A stretch of 64,000 nt of DNA, taken from contig JADFJJ010000004.1 of the NCBI GenBank assembly GCA_022566215.1, positions 283 through 64,282 of the forward strand, given 5' to 3'. A program made the translations under genes and the position numbers. Shown here one piece after another: positions 10,115-20,097 of this stretch (positions within the stretch are counted from its first letter, which is position 1; every line of letters starts with the position of its first letter). The DNA is from Pseudomonadota bacterium (GTDB taxonomy: Bacteria > Pseudomonadota > Alphaproteobacteria > Sphingomonadales > SMXR01). The notes under the pieces are model-generated. The model had not been told where the DNA came from and did not search any database. It worked only from the letters and a program-made list of their open reading frames with translations.

Positions 10115-12274
10115 ATGATTTTGAAAAAATTCTTATCTCTGATGCTGCTGTCCTTGCTGTTGGGGATGCCCACCCTGGCGCCCGCCGGGGAAGAGGATGA
10201 GGTTTTGCTGTTTTCCGCTGAGGAAGTGTCATTTAACCAGAACACCCGTGAGGTGATCGCCACTGGCCATGTTGAGATGTCTCACGGCGGTTATACCCTT
10301 TTGGCCGACCAAGTGACCTATAATGAGCGGACCGGTACTGTTCATGCCTTCGGCAACGTCAAGATCACCGATCCGGACGGCAATGCCCTGTATGTCGACG
10401 AGGCCGAGCTGGATGATGAACTGCGCGAGGGCTTTCTTGTCAATTTACGGTTTGTGTTCCCGGACGGTTCGCGCCTGGCGGCCCGCGACGGCGAGCGGAT
10501 CAGCGGCAACAAGACCGTCCTCAATTACGCCGTTTTCACCCCGTGCGTCATTTGTGACGATCATCCCGGCCGCCCCCCCTCCTGGCAGGTGCGGGCGGTG
10601 CGCGTCACCCACGACCAGCAAAAGAAAAGAATTTATTATAAAAACGCCACCCTTGAGGTGCTGGGCATTCCGATCATATACCTGCCTTACCTGTCGCACC
10701 CCGACCCCACGGTTGACCGCGCCAGCGGTTTTCTGGTTCCCGAAGTGGGCCTGACCCGTGAACTGGGCCTGGTTTTAAAGTTTCCCTATCATATTGTTTT
10801 CTCTCCCTCCAGTGACGCCACCATCACCCCGATCCTGACCACCAAGGAAGGCCTGGTATTGGCCGGGGAATACCGCCGCCATCTCGGCTTCGGCCAGTTT
10901 CACCTGGAAGGCAGCGTCACTTATGTCGATGAACGCGATGCCGATAACCTCAAGACCGGCGACAAGCAATTGAGGGGACATTTTTTCGCCAACAGCCAGT
11001 TCAAACACAGCGAAAACGTCAGGACCCGGGTGCGCTTCCAGCTGGCCAGTGATGATACTTATCTGCGCCGTTATGGCTTTAGTGATGTCGACACCCTGAA
11101 AAGCGAATACATTACCGAAGCCTTTATGGGGCGGTCCTACTACGCTATCCGGGCGCTCTGGTTCCAGGGTCTTCGGGTCGAGGATATTTCTGGCCTGACC
11201 GGGTTTGCCCTGCCTTTGGTCCAGCTCAACCACGTCGCCCAGCCGGACCGGATTGGCGGGGTCTGGCGCATTAATTTCAACGGCCTGGCGCTGCACCGGA
11301 GCGATGGCATGGATACCCGCCGCCTTTCCTTGAGGGGGTCTTATGAAATTCCCTATACCACCCGGGTCGGCCAGATCTTGAGGCTGGGGATATATCTGCG
11401 CGGAGATCTTTACAACATCAGCAACGCCGAACGCCCGGATTCCCCTTTCTTTGCCGGCCAGAACGGGACCGAAGGGCGGTTCCTGCCTGAGTTGAGCGCC
11501 AGTTTTGAATGGCCGTTTATCAAGACCAGCGGCTCTTCCCAGCAAATTATAACTCCGGTGATTACCCTTATCGTTGCGCCCACCGGCGGTAACCCGGCGG
11601 CATTGTCCAATGAAGACAGCCGCACCTTTGAATTGACCGACACCAATATCCTTTCGATTGACCGGCTGCCGGGCCTGGACCAGTGGGAAGGCGGCACCCG
11701 GACGAACTTTGGCCTCAAATGGATGCTGAATTCAAAAAACCTGAACATCGAAGCCTTTATCGGCGAAAGCTACCGCTTTACCATCGCCGGCGATGACCCG
11801 GAGGATATTTTCTTTTCCCAAGGCTCGGGTCTGTCCGGCCACCTCAGCGATCTGGTCACCCGCTTCATCATCACCTTTGATGACAAGCTCACGATCTCCA
11901 GCCGGATGCGGCTGGATAATGATGACCTGACGGTGCGCCGCAACGAAATTGACGCCACTCTCTATTTCAAAAACACCCGGGTCGGAATCGGCTATTTCAA
12001 ACTGAACCGCAACCGTCAGCTGGAGGAACTGGAGGACCACGAGGAAATCCGTCTTCATGGCACCTGGTCATTCAAAACCAACTGGCAGTTTTTCGGTCAC
12101 CTGACCCGCAACCTCACCACCACCGGCAGCACCATCAGCCAGGGGCTGGGTGTTATGTATGTGGATGATTGTGTCGAGTTGAGCATTTCATGGCGCAAGT
12201 CTTTCACCAGCGACCGCGATATTGTTCCCGGAAGCTCGCTGCACTTCAGGATCAGGTTGAAACATTTGGGCTAA
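10115..12274 (+). CDS. lptD: LPS-assembly outer-membrane protein LptD
   Basis: Signal peptide MILKKFLSLMLLSLLLGMPTLAPA, an OstA-like N-terminal domain (VTYNERTGTVHAFGNVKITDPDG) and a large beta-barrel. It heads the conserved lptD-surA-pdxA-rsmA run. The ORF-track start 9977 is a TTG extension. Confidence 0.9.
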   Translation: MILKKFLSLMLLSLLLGMPTLAPAGEEDEVLLFSAEEVSFNQNTREVIATGHVEMSHGGYTLLADQVTYNERTGTVHAFGNVKITDPDGNALYVDEAELDDELREGFLVNLRFVFPDGSRLAARDGERISGNKTVLNYAVFTPCVICDDHPGRPPSWQVRAVRVTHDQQKKRIYYKNATLEVLGIPIIYLPYLSHPDPTVDRASGFLVPEVGLTRELGLVLKFPYHIVFSPSSDATITPILTTKEGLVLAGEYRRHLGFGQFHLEGSVTYVDERDADNLKTGDKQLRGHFFANSQFKHSENVRTRVRFQLASDDTYLRRYGFSDVDTLKSEYITEAFMGRSYYAIRALWFQGLRVEDISGLTGFALPLVQLNHVAQPDRIGGVWRINFNGLALHRSDGMDTRRLSLRGSYEIPYTTRVGQILRLGIYLRGDLYNISNAERPDSPFFAGQNGTEGRFLPELSASFEWPFIKTSGSSQQIITPVITLIVAPTGGNPAALSNEDSRTFELTDTNILSIDRLPGLDQWEGGTRTNFGLKWMLNSKNLNIEAFIGESYRFTIAGDDPEDIFFSQGSGLSGHLSDLVTRFIITFDDKLTISSRMRLDNDDLTVRRNEIDATLYFKNTRVGIGYFKLNRNRQLEELEDHEEIRLHGTWSFKTNWQFFGHLTRNLTTTGSTISQGLGVMYVDDCVELSISWRKSFTSDRDIVPGSSLHFRIRLKHLG

Positions 12275-12375
12275 AAGCCTTTAAAAATTCATAATCTTAA
12301 TTTATAAAACCATATCCAAGCGGGCAAAAAACAGTTAAGAACCGAAACGGATTTTCACAGCGGAGCAAGGCAAAT

Positions 12376-13680
12376 ATGAAAATGTGCTTTCCCAGTAAGT
12401 TTTTGAGCCCGAGGGCGGGGTTGTTTTTGGCCTTGGCAATGACGTTTTCAATCACCCTGTTCAGCGAGGAAGCCTACAGCCAACAGCAGGTTATCCAGAA
12501 AATCGAGGTGCTGGTGAACGACGAAGTGATTTCCGCTTATGACGTCGGCCAGCGCATGGGCCTGGTGCTGCTGGCGACCGGCCAGACCGTCACTTCTGAA
12601 CAGCAATTAATGCAACTCAGGGACCAGGTTCTGGGCTCGCTTGTTGATGAGCTGCTGCAAGTTCAGGAAGCCCGGGAGTACGAGGTTCCAATCCCCGATG
12701 ACGAAATTTTTGAGACCTACGCCCGGGTCGCCCAAGGGTACAACCGGACCCCTGAGGGTTTTGGTGATTTGCTGGGTGATTACGGATCCAGCCCCGAGGC
12801 GATTATCACCCAGATCAGGGCTGAGTTTGCCTGGCAAAGTTTGGTTAACGGCCGCTACGGCTCGCAAGCTGAGGCAACCGATGAGGAAATCGAAGGCATT
12901 CTGCAGGAAATGGTGGCCAATGCCGGCCTCCGGGAGTACCGGCTGTCGGAAATATACTTGATTATCGACGACCCCAGCCAGACAGCCAGGGTGGCTGAGA
13001 ACGCCCGGCAGATCCGCGGCCGGATCAAGGATTATGTTCAGTTTTCACAGGTTGCGCGCCAGGTTTCACAATCGACCACCGCCGCCCAGGGTGGTGAATT
13101 GGGCTGGATTTCTGAAAACCAGCTGGCCCCGGAAATCCTGGCGGTGGTCAAGGATATGGATATTCTGGACATTTCCCAGCCAATCAAATCGGCCGCTGGA
13201 TATTATATTGTCGCCCTCACCGACCGGCGCAAAATTTTAAGCACCGAGCCAATGGATGAACTTCTTGACCTGAAGCAGCTGGGCTATTTCTTCACCAATG
13301 AAACCACCCAGGAACAGGCCCTGGCCTGGTTCGAAAATGCGACAATCAGGGCGGCTGAATTAAAATCCTGCGCCAATCTGCCGGGCCTGGTGGAAGAATT
13401 GGGCGAAGTCCTTTTCCGCGACCTGGGTGAAATTTCCCTGAAGCAGCTTAACCCGGATTTACGCGCCATTTTGATGCCGGTTCCGGTCGGCCAGGCAACC
13501 GATCCGATCAACACCCCGGACGGATTTATCATTTTTGCCATTTGCAACCGGCGGATGCCGGAAGCCAAACTGCCCAGCAACGATGAAATCCGCAACCAGA
13601 TCGAAACCCAGCGCATCGCCATGATGGGCAGGCGCTATTTGCGCGACCTCAGGCGCGATGCCATTATCGACTACAGGTAA
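12376..13680 (+). CDS. surA: periplasmic chaperone / peptidyl-prolyl isomerase SurA
   Basis: 434 aa with a signal peptide, a SurA N-domain and a parvulin-like segment (GGELGWISENQL...AGYYIVAL). Position between lptD and pdxA. Confidence 0.85.
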   Translation: MKMCFPSKFLSPRAGLFLALAMTFSITLFSEEAYSQQQVIQKIEVLVNDEVISAYDVGQRMGLVLLATGQTVTSEQQLMQLRDQVLGSLVDELLQVQEAREYEVPIPDDEIFETYARVAQGYNRTPEGFGDLLGDYGSSPEAIITQIRAEFAWQSLVNGRYGSQAEATDEEIEGILQEMVANAGLREYRLSEIYLIIDDPSQTARVAENARQIRGRIKDYVQFSQVARQVSQSTTAAQGGELGWISENQLAPEILAVVKDMDILDISQPIKSAAGYYIVALTDRRKILSTEPMDELLDLKQLGYFFTNETTQEQALAWFENATIRAAELKSCANLPGLVEELGEVLFRDLGEISLKQLNPDLRAILMPVPVGQATDPINTPDGFIIFAICNRRMPEAKLPSNDEIRNQIETQRIAMMGRRYLRDLRRDAIIDYR

Positions 13681-14653
13681 GGCCCCTGCCCCGATCGCCC
13701 TGACGATGGGGGATCCGGCGGGGATCGGCCCGCTGACCACTATCCAGGCCTGGCGCGCCCGGCGCCAACGGTCTCTCCCGCCCTTTGTTTTTATCGGCTC
13801 ATCGTCAGCCCTACGGGCTCACGACCCGGATCTCCCGGTGGAGGAAATTTCAGATTTCAACCATGCAGCCAGGATTTTTAACAAGGCTTTGCCGGTCTTT
13901 TCCTTCCCCTTGAAGGCCGCAGTGGTTCCCGGCCATCCCGACCGCCACAACACCGGCGCTGTAATCCACGCGCTTGACCTGGCGGTAAAAGAGGCGATCG
14001 CCGGGAATGTTTCAGCTATTGTCACCAACCCGGTTCATAAGGCGAGCCTTCTGGAAGCCGGCTTTTCCCATCCCGGCCATACCGGTTATCTGGGCGCGGT
14101 GACGGGCCGGGTTGCGGTCATGATGCTGGTCAATCCGGAACTGCGGGTGGTCCCGGTGACCGGTCATATTCCGCTCCGGGATGTGTCCAAATCCCTGACC
14201 AGAAAACATCTGGTTGAGGTTGCCGGAATTGTCATTGGCGAGCTCAAGGAACGGTTCGGGATCGCCAACCCGAGGATTGCCTTCACTGGCCTCAATCCCC
14301 ACGCCGGCGAGGGCGGGGCGCTCGGCCAGGAGGAGATTAAAACCATCATTCCGGCGATCAGGGAACTCTACGACTTGGGCCATCAGGTGGCCGGGCCGTT
14401 CCCCGCCGATACCGCCTTTGCTCCATCCATGCGCGGGGCCTATGATGCTTTCCTCGCGATGACCCATGACCAGGCCCTGATCCCGATCAAGACCCTGGAT
14501 TTCCGGTCATCTGTCAATATCACCCTCGGGCTTCCCTTTGTGCGGACCTCACCGGCGCACGGCACCGCTTTTAATATCCTGAAAGAAGGGCGCAGCCCGG
14601 ATCCCGAAAGCCTGATCCAGGCGCTGTTGATGGCGGCGAGGCTGAGCGGATGA
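13658..14653 (+). CDS. pdxA: 4-hydroxythreonine-4-phosphate dehydrogenase
   Basis: IALTMGDPAGIGP, HPGHTGYL and TSPAHGTAF motifs. Overlaps the surA 3' end by 23 nt, so the start is uncertain by a few codons. Confidence 0.9.
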   Translation: MPLSTTGKAPAPIALTMGDPAGIGPLTTIQAWRARRQRSLPPFVFIGSSSALRAHDPDLPVEEISDFNHAARIFNKALPVFSFPLKAAVVPGHPDRHNTGAVIHALDLAVKEAIAGNVSAIVTNPVHKASLLEAGFSHPGHTGYLGAVTGRVAVMMLVNPELRVVPVTGHIPLRDVSKSLTRKHLVEVAGIVIGELKERFGIANPRIAFTGLNPHAGEGGALGQEEIKTIIPAIRELYDLGHQVAGPFPADTAFAPSMRGAYDAFLAMTHDQALIPIKTLDFRSSVNITLGLPFVRTSPAHGTAFNILKEGRSPDPESLIQALLMAARLSG

Positions 14654-15495
14654 GCGCCGATCCCCTGCCCCCCTTGCGCGAGGTAATTGCCGCCTCGGGC
14701 CTGAGCGCAAAAAAAAGCCTCGGCCAGAATTTCCTCCTCGATTTGAATATCACCCGCAAGATCGCCCGCGCGGTGCCAAACCTTGAGACCGCCCACGTCC
14801 TTGAGGTCGGCCCCGGTCCCGGCGGCCTGACCCGGGGGCTGTTGCTGGAAGGGGCGGCGAAAGTCACCGCGATCGAAAAAGATGCCCGCTGCATTCCCGC
14901 TCTGGAGCAAATTCAGGAGCATTATCCCGAGCGCTTTTGCTTTCATATCGGCGATGCGCTGGAGGCCGATGAAAAGGATTTGCTGGGGGAGGGAAATCTT
15001 AAACCCCAGATCGCCGCCAATCTTCCCTACAACATCGCCAGCGCGTTCCTGGTCAAGTGGCTTGAGGGTGAGCCGTGGCCGCCGTTCTGGCATTCTCTGA
15101 CGGTGATGCTGCAAAAGGAAGTGGCGCTGCGCCTGGTGGCCGGCCCGGGCGTCAAGACCTACGGGCGCCTGTCGGTTCTGGCCCAGTGGCGTTCAATTCC
15201 TAAGATCCTGTTTCACATCCCGCCCGAGGCCTTTACCCCGAAACCGAAGGTCACGTCCTCGGTAATCCAGATTATCCCCTCTCACCCGGCGGTGGCGGGC
15301 CTGACTGGAAAGAAAATATCCGCTTTTACCCAAACCCTGTTCGGCCAAAGGCGCAAGATTTTGCGCAATGTGTTGAGGCCGTTCGGGGAAACAGTCGGCG
15401 ATGTTTTGGCAAATGAAGGGATTAACCCCGGCTTGAGACCCGAAAATCTGAGCGTGGAGGAAATTTGCCGCTTGGCGAAAAAATTAATAAATTAA
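14650..15495 (+). CDS. rsmA: 16S rRNA (adenine1518/1519-N6)-dimethyltransferase
   Basis: KSLGQNFL, VLEVGPGPGGLT and ANLPYNI motifs. 4-nt overlap with the pdxA stop. Confidence 0.93.
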   Translation: MSADPLPPLREVIAASGLSAKKSLGQNFLLDLNITRKIARAVPNLETAHVLEVGPGPGGLTRGLLLEGAAKVTAIEKDARCIPALEQIQEHYPERFCFHIGDALEADEKDLLGEGNLKPQIAANLPYNIASAFLVKWLEGEPWPPFWHSLTVMLQKEVALRLVAGPGVKTYGRLSVLAQWRSIPKILFHIPPEAFTPKPKVTSSVIQIIPSHPAVAGLTGKKISAFTQTLFGQRRKILRNVLRPFGETVGDVLANEGINPGLRPENLSVEEICRLAKKLIN

Positions 15496-16130
15496 ATTTC
15501 TTGCGACATTAAATTTTTGACAAAATCAACCAGCCATTTTTGACGAATTCGTTTTTTGCGTTCAACCTTCAGAATAGTCTTAATTTCTTTCAGGTATTCG
15601 TCAAAGTCCTGGTTAACCAGCACATAATTATATTCAGGCCAATGACTAAGTTCGTCGTGCGCCGTTTCCATTCTCTTTTCTATTTGTTGTTTTGTATCTT
15701 GTCCGCGGCTCATCAATCTTTCCCTTAGAGCGGAAATTGTCGGCGGAAGAATAAAAATACTCACCACATCGGAAGAGTTCTTTTGCAAAATTTGTTGCGT
15801 CCCCTGCCAGTCTATATCGAACAAGACATCTTTCCCCTCTCTCAGGGCCTCTTCCACGTCTTTTTTGGGAGTGCCGTAGGCATGATCAAAAACCGTGGCG
15901 TATTCCAGAAAGGCTTCCTCATCGACCAGCTTCTGAAAGGTCGCCTGGTCGACGAAATTGTAATCCTCGCCATCCACCTCGCCGGGGCGTTTGGGCCGGG
16001 TGGTGGTGGAAATGGAGAGAACCGTCTCGGGGTCCTGCTCGATCAGCGCGCGCGACAGCGTGGTCTTGCCGGCCCCCGAGGGAGAAGACAGAACCAGCAT
16101 CAAACCACGGCGTTTCGCCTTTTCTGTCAT
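15492..16130 (-). CDS. gmk: guanylate kinase
   Basis: P-loop LSSPSGAGKTTL and TTRPKRPGEVDGEDY. Convergent with rsmA; the two stop codons overlap. Confidence 0.95.
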   Translation of the reverse strand: MTEKAKRRGLMLVLSSPSGAGKTTLSRALIEQDPETVLSISTTTRPKRPGEVDGEDYNFVDQATFQKLVDEEAFLEYATVFDHAYGTPKKDVEEALREGKDVLFDIDWQGTQQILQKNSSDVVSIFILPPTISALRERLMSRGQDTKQQIEKRMETAHDELSHWPEYNYVLVNQDFDEYLKEIKTILKVERKKRIRQKWLVDFVKNLMSQEI

Positions 16131-16208
16131 AAGTCTTTTTTCTCAAGTTAAGGTGCGTTAAAAGCTAACCGACTATAAAAGGAACTGGAACATCATTCAA
16201 ATAGACAT

Positions 16209-16479
16209 TTAGGGTCTGGACTGAATTACCGATGAGGGCTGTGCCACAGCCAAAATCGGTCAGAACAAGGAAAAAGGGATGAAAAATAGCCATTTATTTG
16301 AAGCGCTTTTGACAAAGTTCCGCCCGATTTGGGCGTGGCCTCTCCGAGGTTGGCCTGAAAAAGCAGTAAAATGCGTCGAAAATACGCGCCGATACCCCAT
16401 ATCGCCTGTGTTTTTCTCCTCTTTTACAATTTTTTCAGGACCAACACAGTTCCACTCGGCAACCCGGTTCAGGCCCTAA
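16209..16479. repeat. expanded copy (A) of a palindromic TTAGGGTCTG...CAGRCCCTAR intergenic element
   Basis: The left arm TTAGGGTCTGGACTGAATTACCGATG (16209-16234) matches copy B at 23/26. The right arm CACAGTTCCACTCGGCAACCCGGTTCAGGCCCTAA (16445-16479) matches at 28/35. About 210 bp lies between the arms. Confidence 0.7.
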
Positions 16480-17246
16480 TGAAAAACCCGAAAAATATCC
16501 TGATCACCGGCGCCTCCAGCGGAATTGGCGAGGAAGTGGCCAAACAGTACGCGGCCCCGGGCATCACCCTGGCGATTACCGGGCGCAACAAGAAGCGCCT
16601 TGAGGCGGTCAAAAAGGCGCTCCAGGCCAAGGGCGCTGCCGTGATCGCCAAGGTACTGGATGTCACCGGCCAGAAGGCGATGGAAACCTTTATCCGTGAG
16701 GTCGATAAAACCGCCCCGTTGGATCTGGTGATCGCCAACGCCGGGGTCGGGGTCCAGGCGGGCGATTTCAAATCCGTTGATCAGGCCGCCAAGTTCACCA
16801 TCACCGTCAATGTCTTCGGGGTTTTCAACACCATCCACCCGGCGCTGGAGATTTTTGAAGCACGCGGCCGCGGCCAGATCGCGATCGTCTCATCCCTGGC
16901 CGGCTGTATCGGCCTGCCCGGCTCTCCGATCTATTCCGCCAGCAAAAACGCGGTCCGGGCTTACGGCGAGGCGCTGCGGGCGGTCTATCAGGGTAAAGGG
17001 ATCGAGATCAACGTCATCTGCCCGGGCTGGGTGCGGAGCCGGATTACCGATAGGAACGAATATTCGATGCCGTTCTTTATGGAGGTGGATAAGGCGGCCG
17101 CCATCATCATCCGCGGGTTGGCGAAAAACCAGGCGCGGATATCCTTCCCCGCCCCGATGGCGGCATTAATCAAGACCATGACCATCCTGCCGATCAGCCT
17201 GGCGCTCAAAATCCTTGGCCGCATCACCATGCGCGGCCGGGCTTGA
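16479..17246 (+). CDS. SDR family oxidoreductase
   Basis: ILITGASSGIGEE (TGxxxGxG) and YSASKNAV (YxxxK). Start placed at ATG 16479 (MKNPKN...). Confidence 0.85.
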   Translation: MKNPKNILITGASSGIGEEVAKQYAAPGITLAITGRNKKRLEAVKKALQAKGAAVIAKVLDVTGQKAMETFIREVDKTAPLDLVIANAGVGVQAGDFKSVDQAAKFTITVNVFGVFNTIHPALEIFEARGRGQIAIVSSLAGCIGLPGSPIYSASKNAVRAYGEALRAVYQGKGIEINVICPGWVRSRITDRNEYSMPFFMEVDKAAAIIIRGLAKNQARISFPAPMAALIKTMTILPISLALKILGRITMRGRA

Positions 17247-17265
17247 ACGTTTGGCTCCTGCGCGG

Positions 17266-17562
17266 TTTTGTCATACCGGCAGAGGCCAACCCCTCCCTGT
17301 CATACCCGCCGCCTGAGCGGATATCCGGGAAATTCCGATGCAATTCTCCAGCTTTTATAACAAAACCAAAACCCGGATGCCCGAATAAATCGGGCATGAC
17401 CACCACTTATTTTGTCATACCCGCCCCCGTGCGGGTATCCGGACTTTTGTTTTTGTTTAGGAGGCACTATGGATTCCCGCTTACGCGGGAATGACAACAA
17501 GTAACAAAGGGCCAGACCCCCGCATGGAGGCGGGGGTGACAAAAAAGAAGTCGGGAATGACA
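17266..17562. repeat. cluster of at least 6 short GC-stem hairpin repeats (GTCAT-stem-loop-stem-CCGG type, both orientations)
   Basis: Units at 17299-17328, 17373-17400, 17414-17442, 17471-17495 and 17517-17540, plus partial units at 17270 and 17550. Stems are 7-8 bp, for example ATACCCGC/GCGGGTAT, ATGCCCGA/TCGGGCAT and ATTCCCGC/GCGGGAAT. Confidence 0.8.
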
Positions 17563-17691
17563 GAGTGCTCTATGATATTTTTCGGACCGCGATTTCTTAC
17601 CTATGTAGCGCCACTACATAGGTGCAGTAATAGACGGGCAAAGATCGGGGAACAACCATATCGAAAATCGATAGCGGTGTCGGGCATCTGA

Positions 17692-18690
17692 CTAATTGCT
17701 GGAACCTTCCCTCTGGAACCTGCGCCATTTTCGAACGTTTTTGTTGTGCTGATCCAGGGTATCGGCAAAGACATGGCCGCCGGAGCCGTCGGCGACAAAA
17801 TAAAGCGCATCTGAGTGTGCCGGATTAAAGACCGCTTCCAGCGCGGCGCGGCCGGGATTGGCGATCGGCCCGGGCGGCAGGCCGGTGTGGATATAGGTGT
17901 TGTAGGGAGTGTCCCTTTCCAACTCCGAAAGAAGGATCGGGCGGCCCAGCGGCACGCCGCCGGTCAGCCCGTAAATCACCGTCGGGTCCGACTGCAGGCG
18001 CATGCCCCGCTTAAGCCGGTTCAGAAACACCGCGGCGATCAGCGTACGTTCTTCAGCAATGCCGGTTTCCTCTTCGACCATCGAGGCCAGGATAACCGCC
18101 TCCTCAAGGCTCATGAAGGGCAGCGAAAAATCGTAATCGGCCCACAAATCCTCAAGCAATCTGTCGCGGTTTTCGGCCATGCGGCGGAGAATATCCGGGC
18201 GGCTGTCGCCGCGCTCGAAAAGATAGGTCTCGGGCAGCAGCGTCCCCTCCCCCGGAAGCTCTTTAATCTCACCGGTCAGCTTCTCTTCCCCAAGCAGCAG
18301 AGCGGCCACCTGGGCGCTGGTCAGGCCTTCCGGGAAAGTAATCTTGTGCAGGACGGTTTTTCCCGTCAGCAGGATATTCAAAATCTCGGATTGGCTGGCG
18401 CCCGCCGGGATCAGGAACTCGCCAGCCTGCAAATCCCCGGCCGCCCCGGACAGCCGCGCGGTCCAGTAAAATGCCGCCTTTACCTCCAGCACCCCGTGGC
18501 GTTCCAAAAGCGCGGCGGCCGATTTCAGGGTCGCCCCCCTGGGGATAATGACGGTGCGGTCATCCGCCGCCGGGCCGGCGCGGTAGAAGAAATAAAAATC
18601 GCTTAAGGTCAGGGCCAGAAAGACCGCCAGCGCCACCGACGGCAGGATCATCCAGGCGGCTGGTTTGCGAATTTTCTTAAGGCTGGCCAT
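17692..18690 (-). CDS. mltG: endolytic murein transglycosylase MltG (YceG-like)
   Basis: N-terminal TM anchor, then a YceG-like domain (LQSDPTVIYG, YNTYIHTGLPPGPIANPG). ATG 18690 chosen; the ORF-track start 18732 is a TTG. Last gene of the fab cluster. Confidence 0.87.
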   Translation of the reverse strand: MASLKKIRKPAAWMILPSVALAVFLALTLSDFYFFYRAGPAADDRTVIIPRGATLKSAAALLERHGVLEVKAAFYWTARLSGAAGDLQAGEFLIPAGASQSEILNILLTGKTVLHKITFPEGLTSAQVAALLLGEEKLTGEIKELPGEGTLLPETYLFERGDSRPDILRRMAENRDRLLEDLWADYDFSLPFMSLEEAVILASMVEEETGIAEERTLIAAVFLNRLKRGMRLQSDPTVIYGLTGGVPLGRPILLSELERDTPYNTYIHTGLPPGPIANPGRAALEAVFNPAHSDALYFVADGSGGHVFADTLDQHNKNVRKWRRFQREGSSN

Positions 18691-18739
18691 CAAAGGTAAG
18701 TATAACCCCCGGCATTGCTGGAATGAAAGCAAAAGCGCC

Positions 18740-20008
18740 TTAATCGGCGAACTCTGTAAAAATCAGCGAGGCATTGGTGCCGCCAAAACCGAACGAGTTG
18801 GAGAGCACCGTCTTGATTTCCCGTTCCCGGGCTTTCAGGGGCACCAGGTCGATGCCGGTGCAATCGTCGTCGAGGTCTTCCAGGTTGAGCGTCGGCGGGG
18901 CGATATTGTTGTTCATGGCGAGGATCGAAAAGATCGATTCCACCGCCCCCGCGGCGCCCAGCAAATGCCCGATCGAGGATTTGGTCGAGGACATGGAAAG
19001 CTTGCCCGCGGCTTCGCCGAACAGGCGCTTGACCGCGGCAAATTCAATCTCATCGCCCAACGGCGTCGAGGTTCCATGAGCATTGATATAATCAATATCC
19101 GCCGGGTTCATGCCGGCGCGCTTCAGGGCCGCCTCCATCGCCCGGTAGGCGCCGCCGCCATCGGGCGCTGGCGCGGTAACGTGATAGCCGTCGCCCGACA
19201 TGCCATAGCCGACCACTTCGGCGTAAATCTTCGCCCCGCGGGCTTTGGCGTGTTCCAGCTCTTCCAGGATTAAAATGCCGGCGCCCTCGCCCATGACAAA
19301 CCCGTCACGGCCCTTGTCCCACGGGCGGGAAGCCCGTTTGGGCGTATCATTATAGTGGGTGCTGAGCGCCCGGGCCTGGCTGAACCCGGCGACAGCAACC
19401 CCGCAGATCGCGCTTTCGGCCCCGCCCGCGAGCATGATATCCGCGTCATCCAGGGCGATCATGCGGGCGGCGTCGCCAATCGCATGCGCGCCTGAAGAAC
19501 AGGCCGTCACGGTGGCGTGGTTGGGGCCCTTGAAGCCATATCTGATTGAAACATTGCCGGCCACCAGGTTGATCAGGCAGCTGGGAATAAAATGAGGGCT
19601 GACGCGCCGCGGGCCTTGTTCGTGAAGCGTAATCGAAGACGCCTCAATCCCCGGCAGGCCGCCGACCCCGGCGCCGATTGCGACCCCGGTGCGGATTTTT
19701 TCTTCCTCCGAAAGATCCCCGATGCCGGCATCTTCCACCGCCATGATCGCCGCCGCCATCCCGAGCTGGATAAAAAAGCCGACCCGGCGCTGCTCTTTCG
19801 GGGTCATCCAGTCATCGGGATTGAAAGTGCCGTTCTTGCCGTCGCCAAAAGGAACCTCGCCAATCACCTGGCAGGATATTCCGGTGGCGTCAAAGCGGGT
19901 GAAGGGGCCAAGACCCGATTCCCCTGCGATCAGGCGCTTCCAGCTTTCTTCAACCCCCGAGGCCAGTGGTGTGACCATTCCTATTCCAGTGACAACGACA
20001 CGTCTCAT
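18740..20008 (-). CDS. fabF: 3-oxoacyl-ACP synthase II
   Basis: Active-site TACSSGAHAIG, HGTSTPLGD and NSFGFGGTNASL. Confidence 0.96.
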   Translation of the reverse strand: MRRVVVTGIGMVTPLASGVEESWKRLIAGESGLGPFTRFDATGISCQVIGEVPFGDGKNGTFNPDDWMTPKEQRRVGFFIQLGMAAAIMAVEDAGIGDLSEEEKIRTGVAIGAGVGGLPGIEASSITLHEQGPRRVSPHFIPSCLINLVAGNVSIRYGFKGPNHATVTACSSGAHAIGDAARMIALDDADIMLAGGAESAICGVAVAGFSQARALSTHYNDTPKRASRPWDKGRDGFVMGEGAGILILEELEHAKARGAKIYAEVVGYGMSGDGYHVTAPAPDGGGAYRAMEAALKRAGMNPADIDYINAHGTSTPLGDEIEFAAVKRLFGEAAGKLSMSSTKSSIGHLLGAAGAVESIFSILAMNNNIAPPTLNLEDLDDDCTGIDLVPLKAREREIKTVLSNSFGFGGTNASLIFTEFAD

Positions 20009-20097
20009 AGCTTGCGGTCCCCTTCTAAGATGTTCTATATAGGCGACTTTTGCGGCTTTTCACAAAACAAATTGTCCTAGAGCACATTAACGCCAAA

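Noticed and set aside
16279-16479. 66-aa ORF upstream of the SDR gene
   Set aside because: It lies inside the expanded palindromic element and ends in its right arm. No RBS or domain.
17266-17562. Possible CRISPR array
   Set aside because: The repeat units differ in sequence and orientation. Spacing is irregular (10-40 nt). No cas genes are present. The same units recur singly at 55037-55189. This is a REP-like array, not CRISPR.
17243-17691. Several 60-83-aa ORFs on both strands in the SDR/mltG spacer
   Set aside because: They are composed of translated hairpin repeats (for example SFPRKRESI, GYPHGGGYDK). There is no start context or conservation logic.
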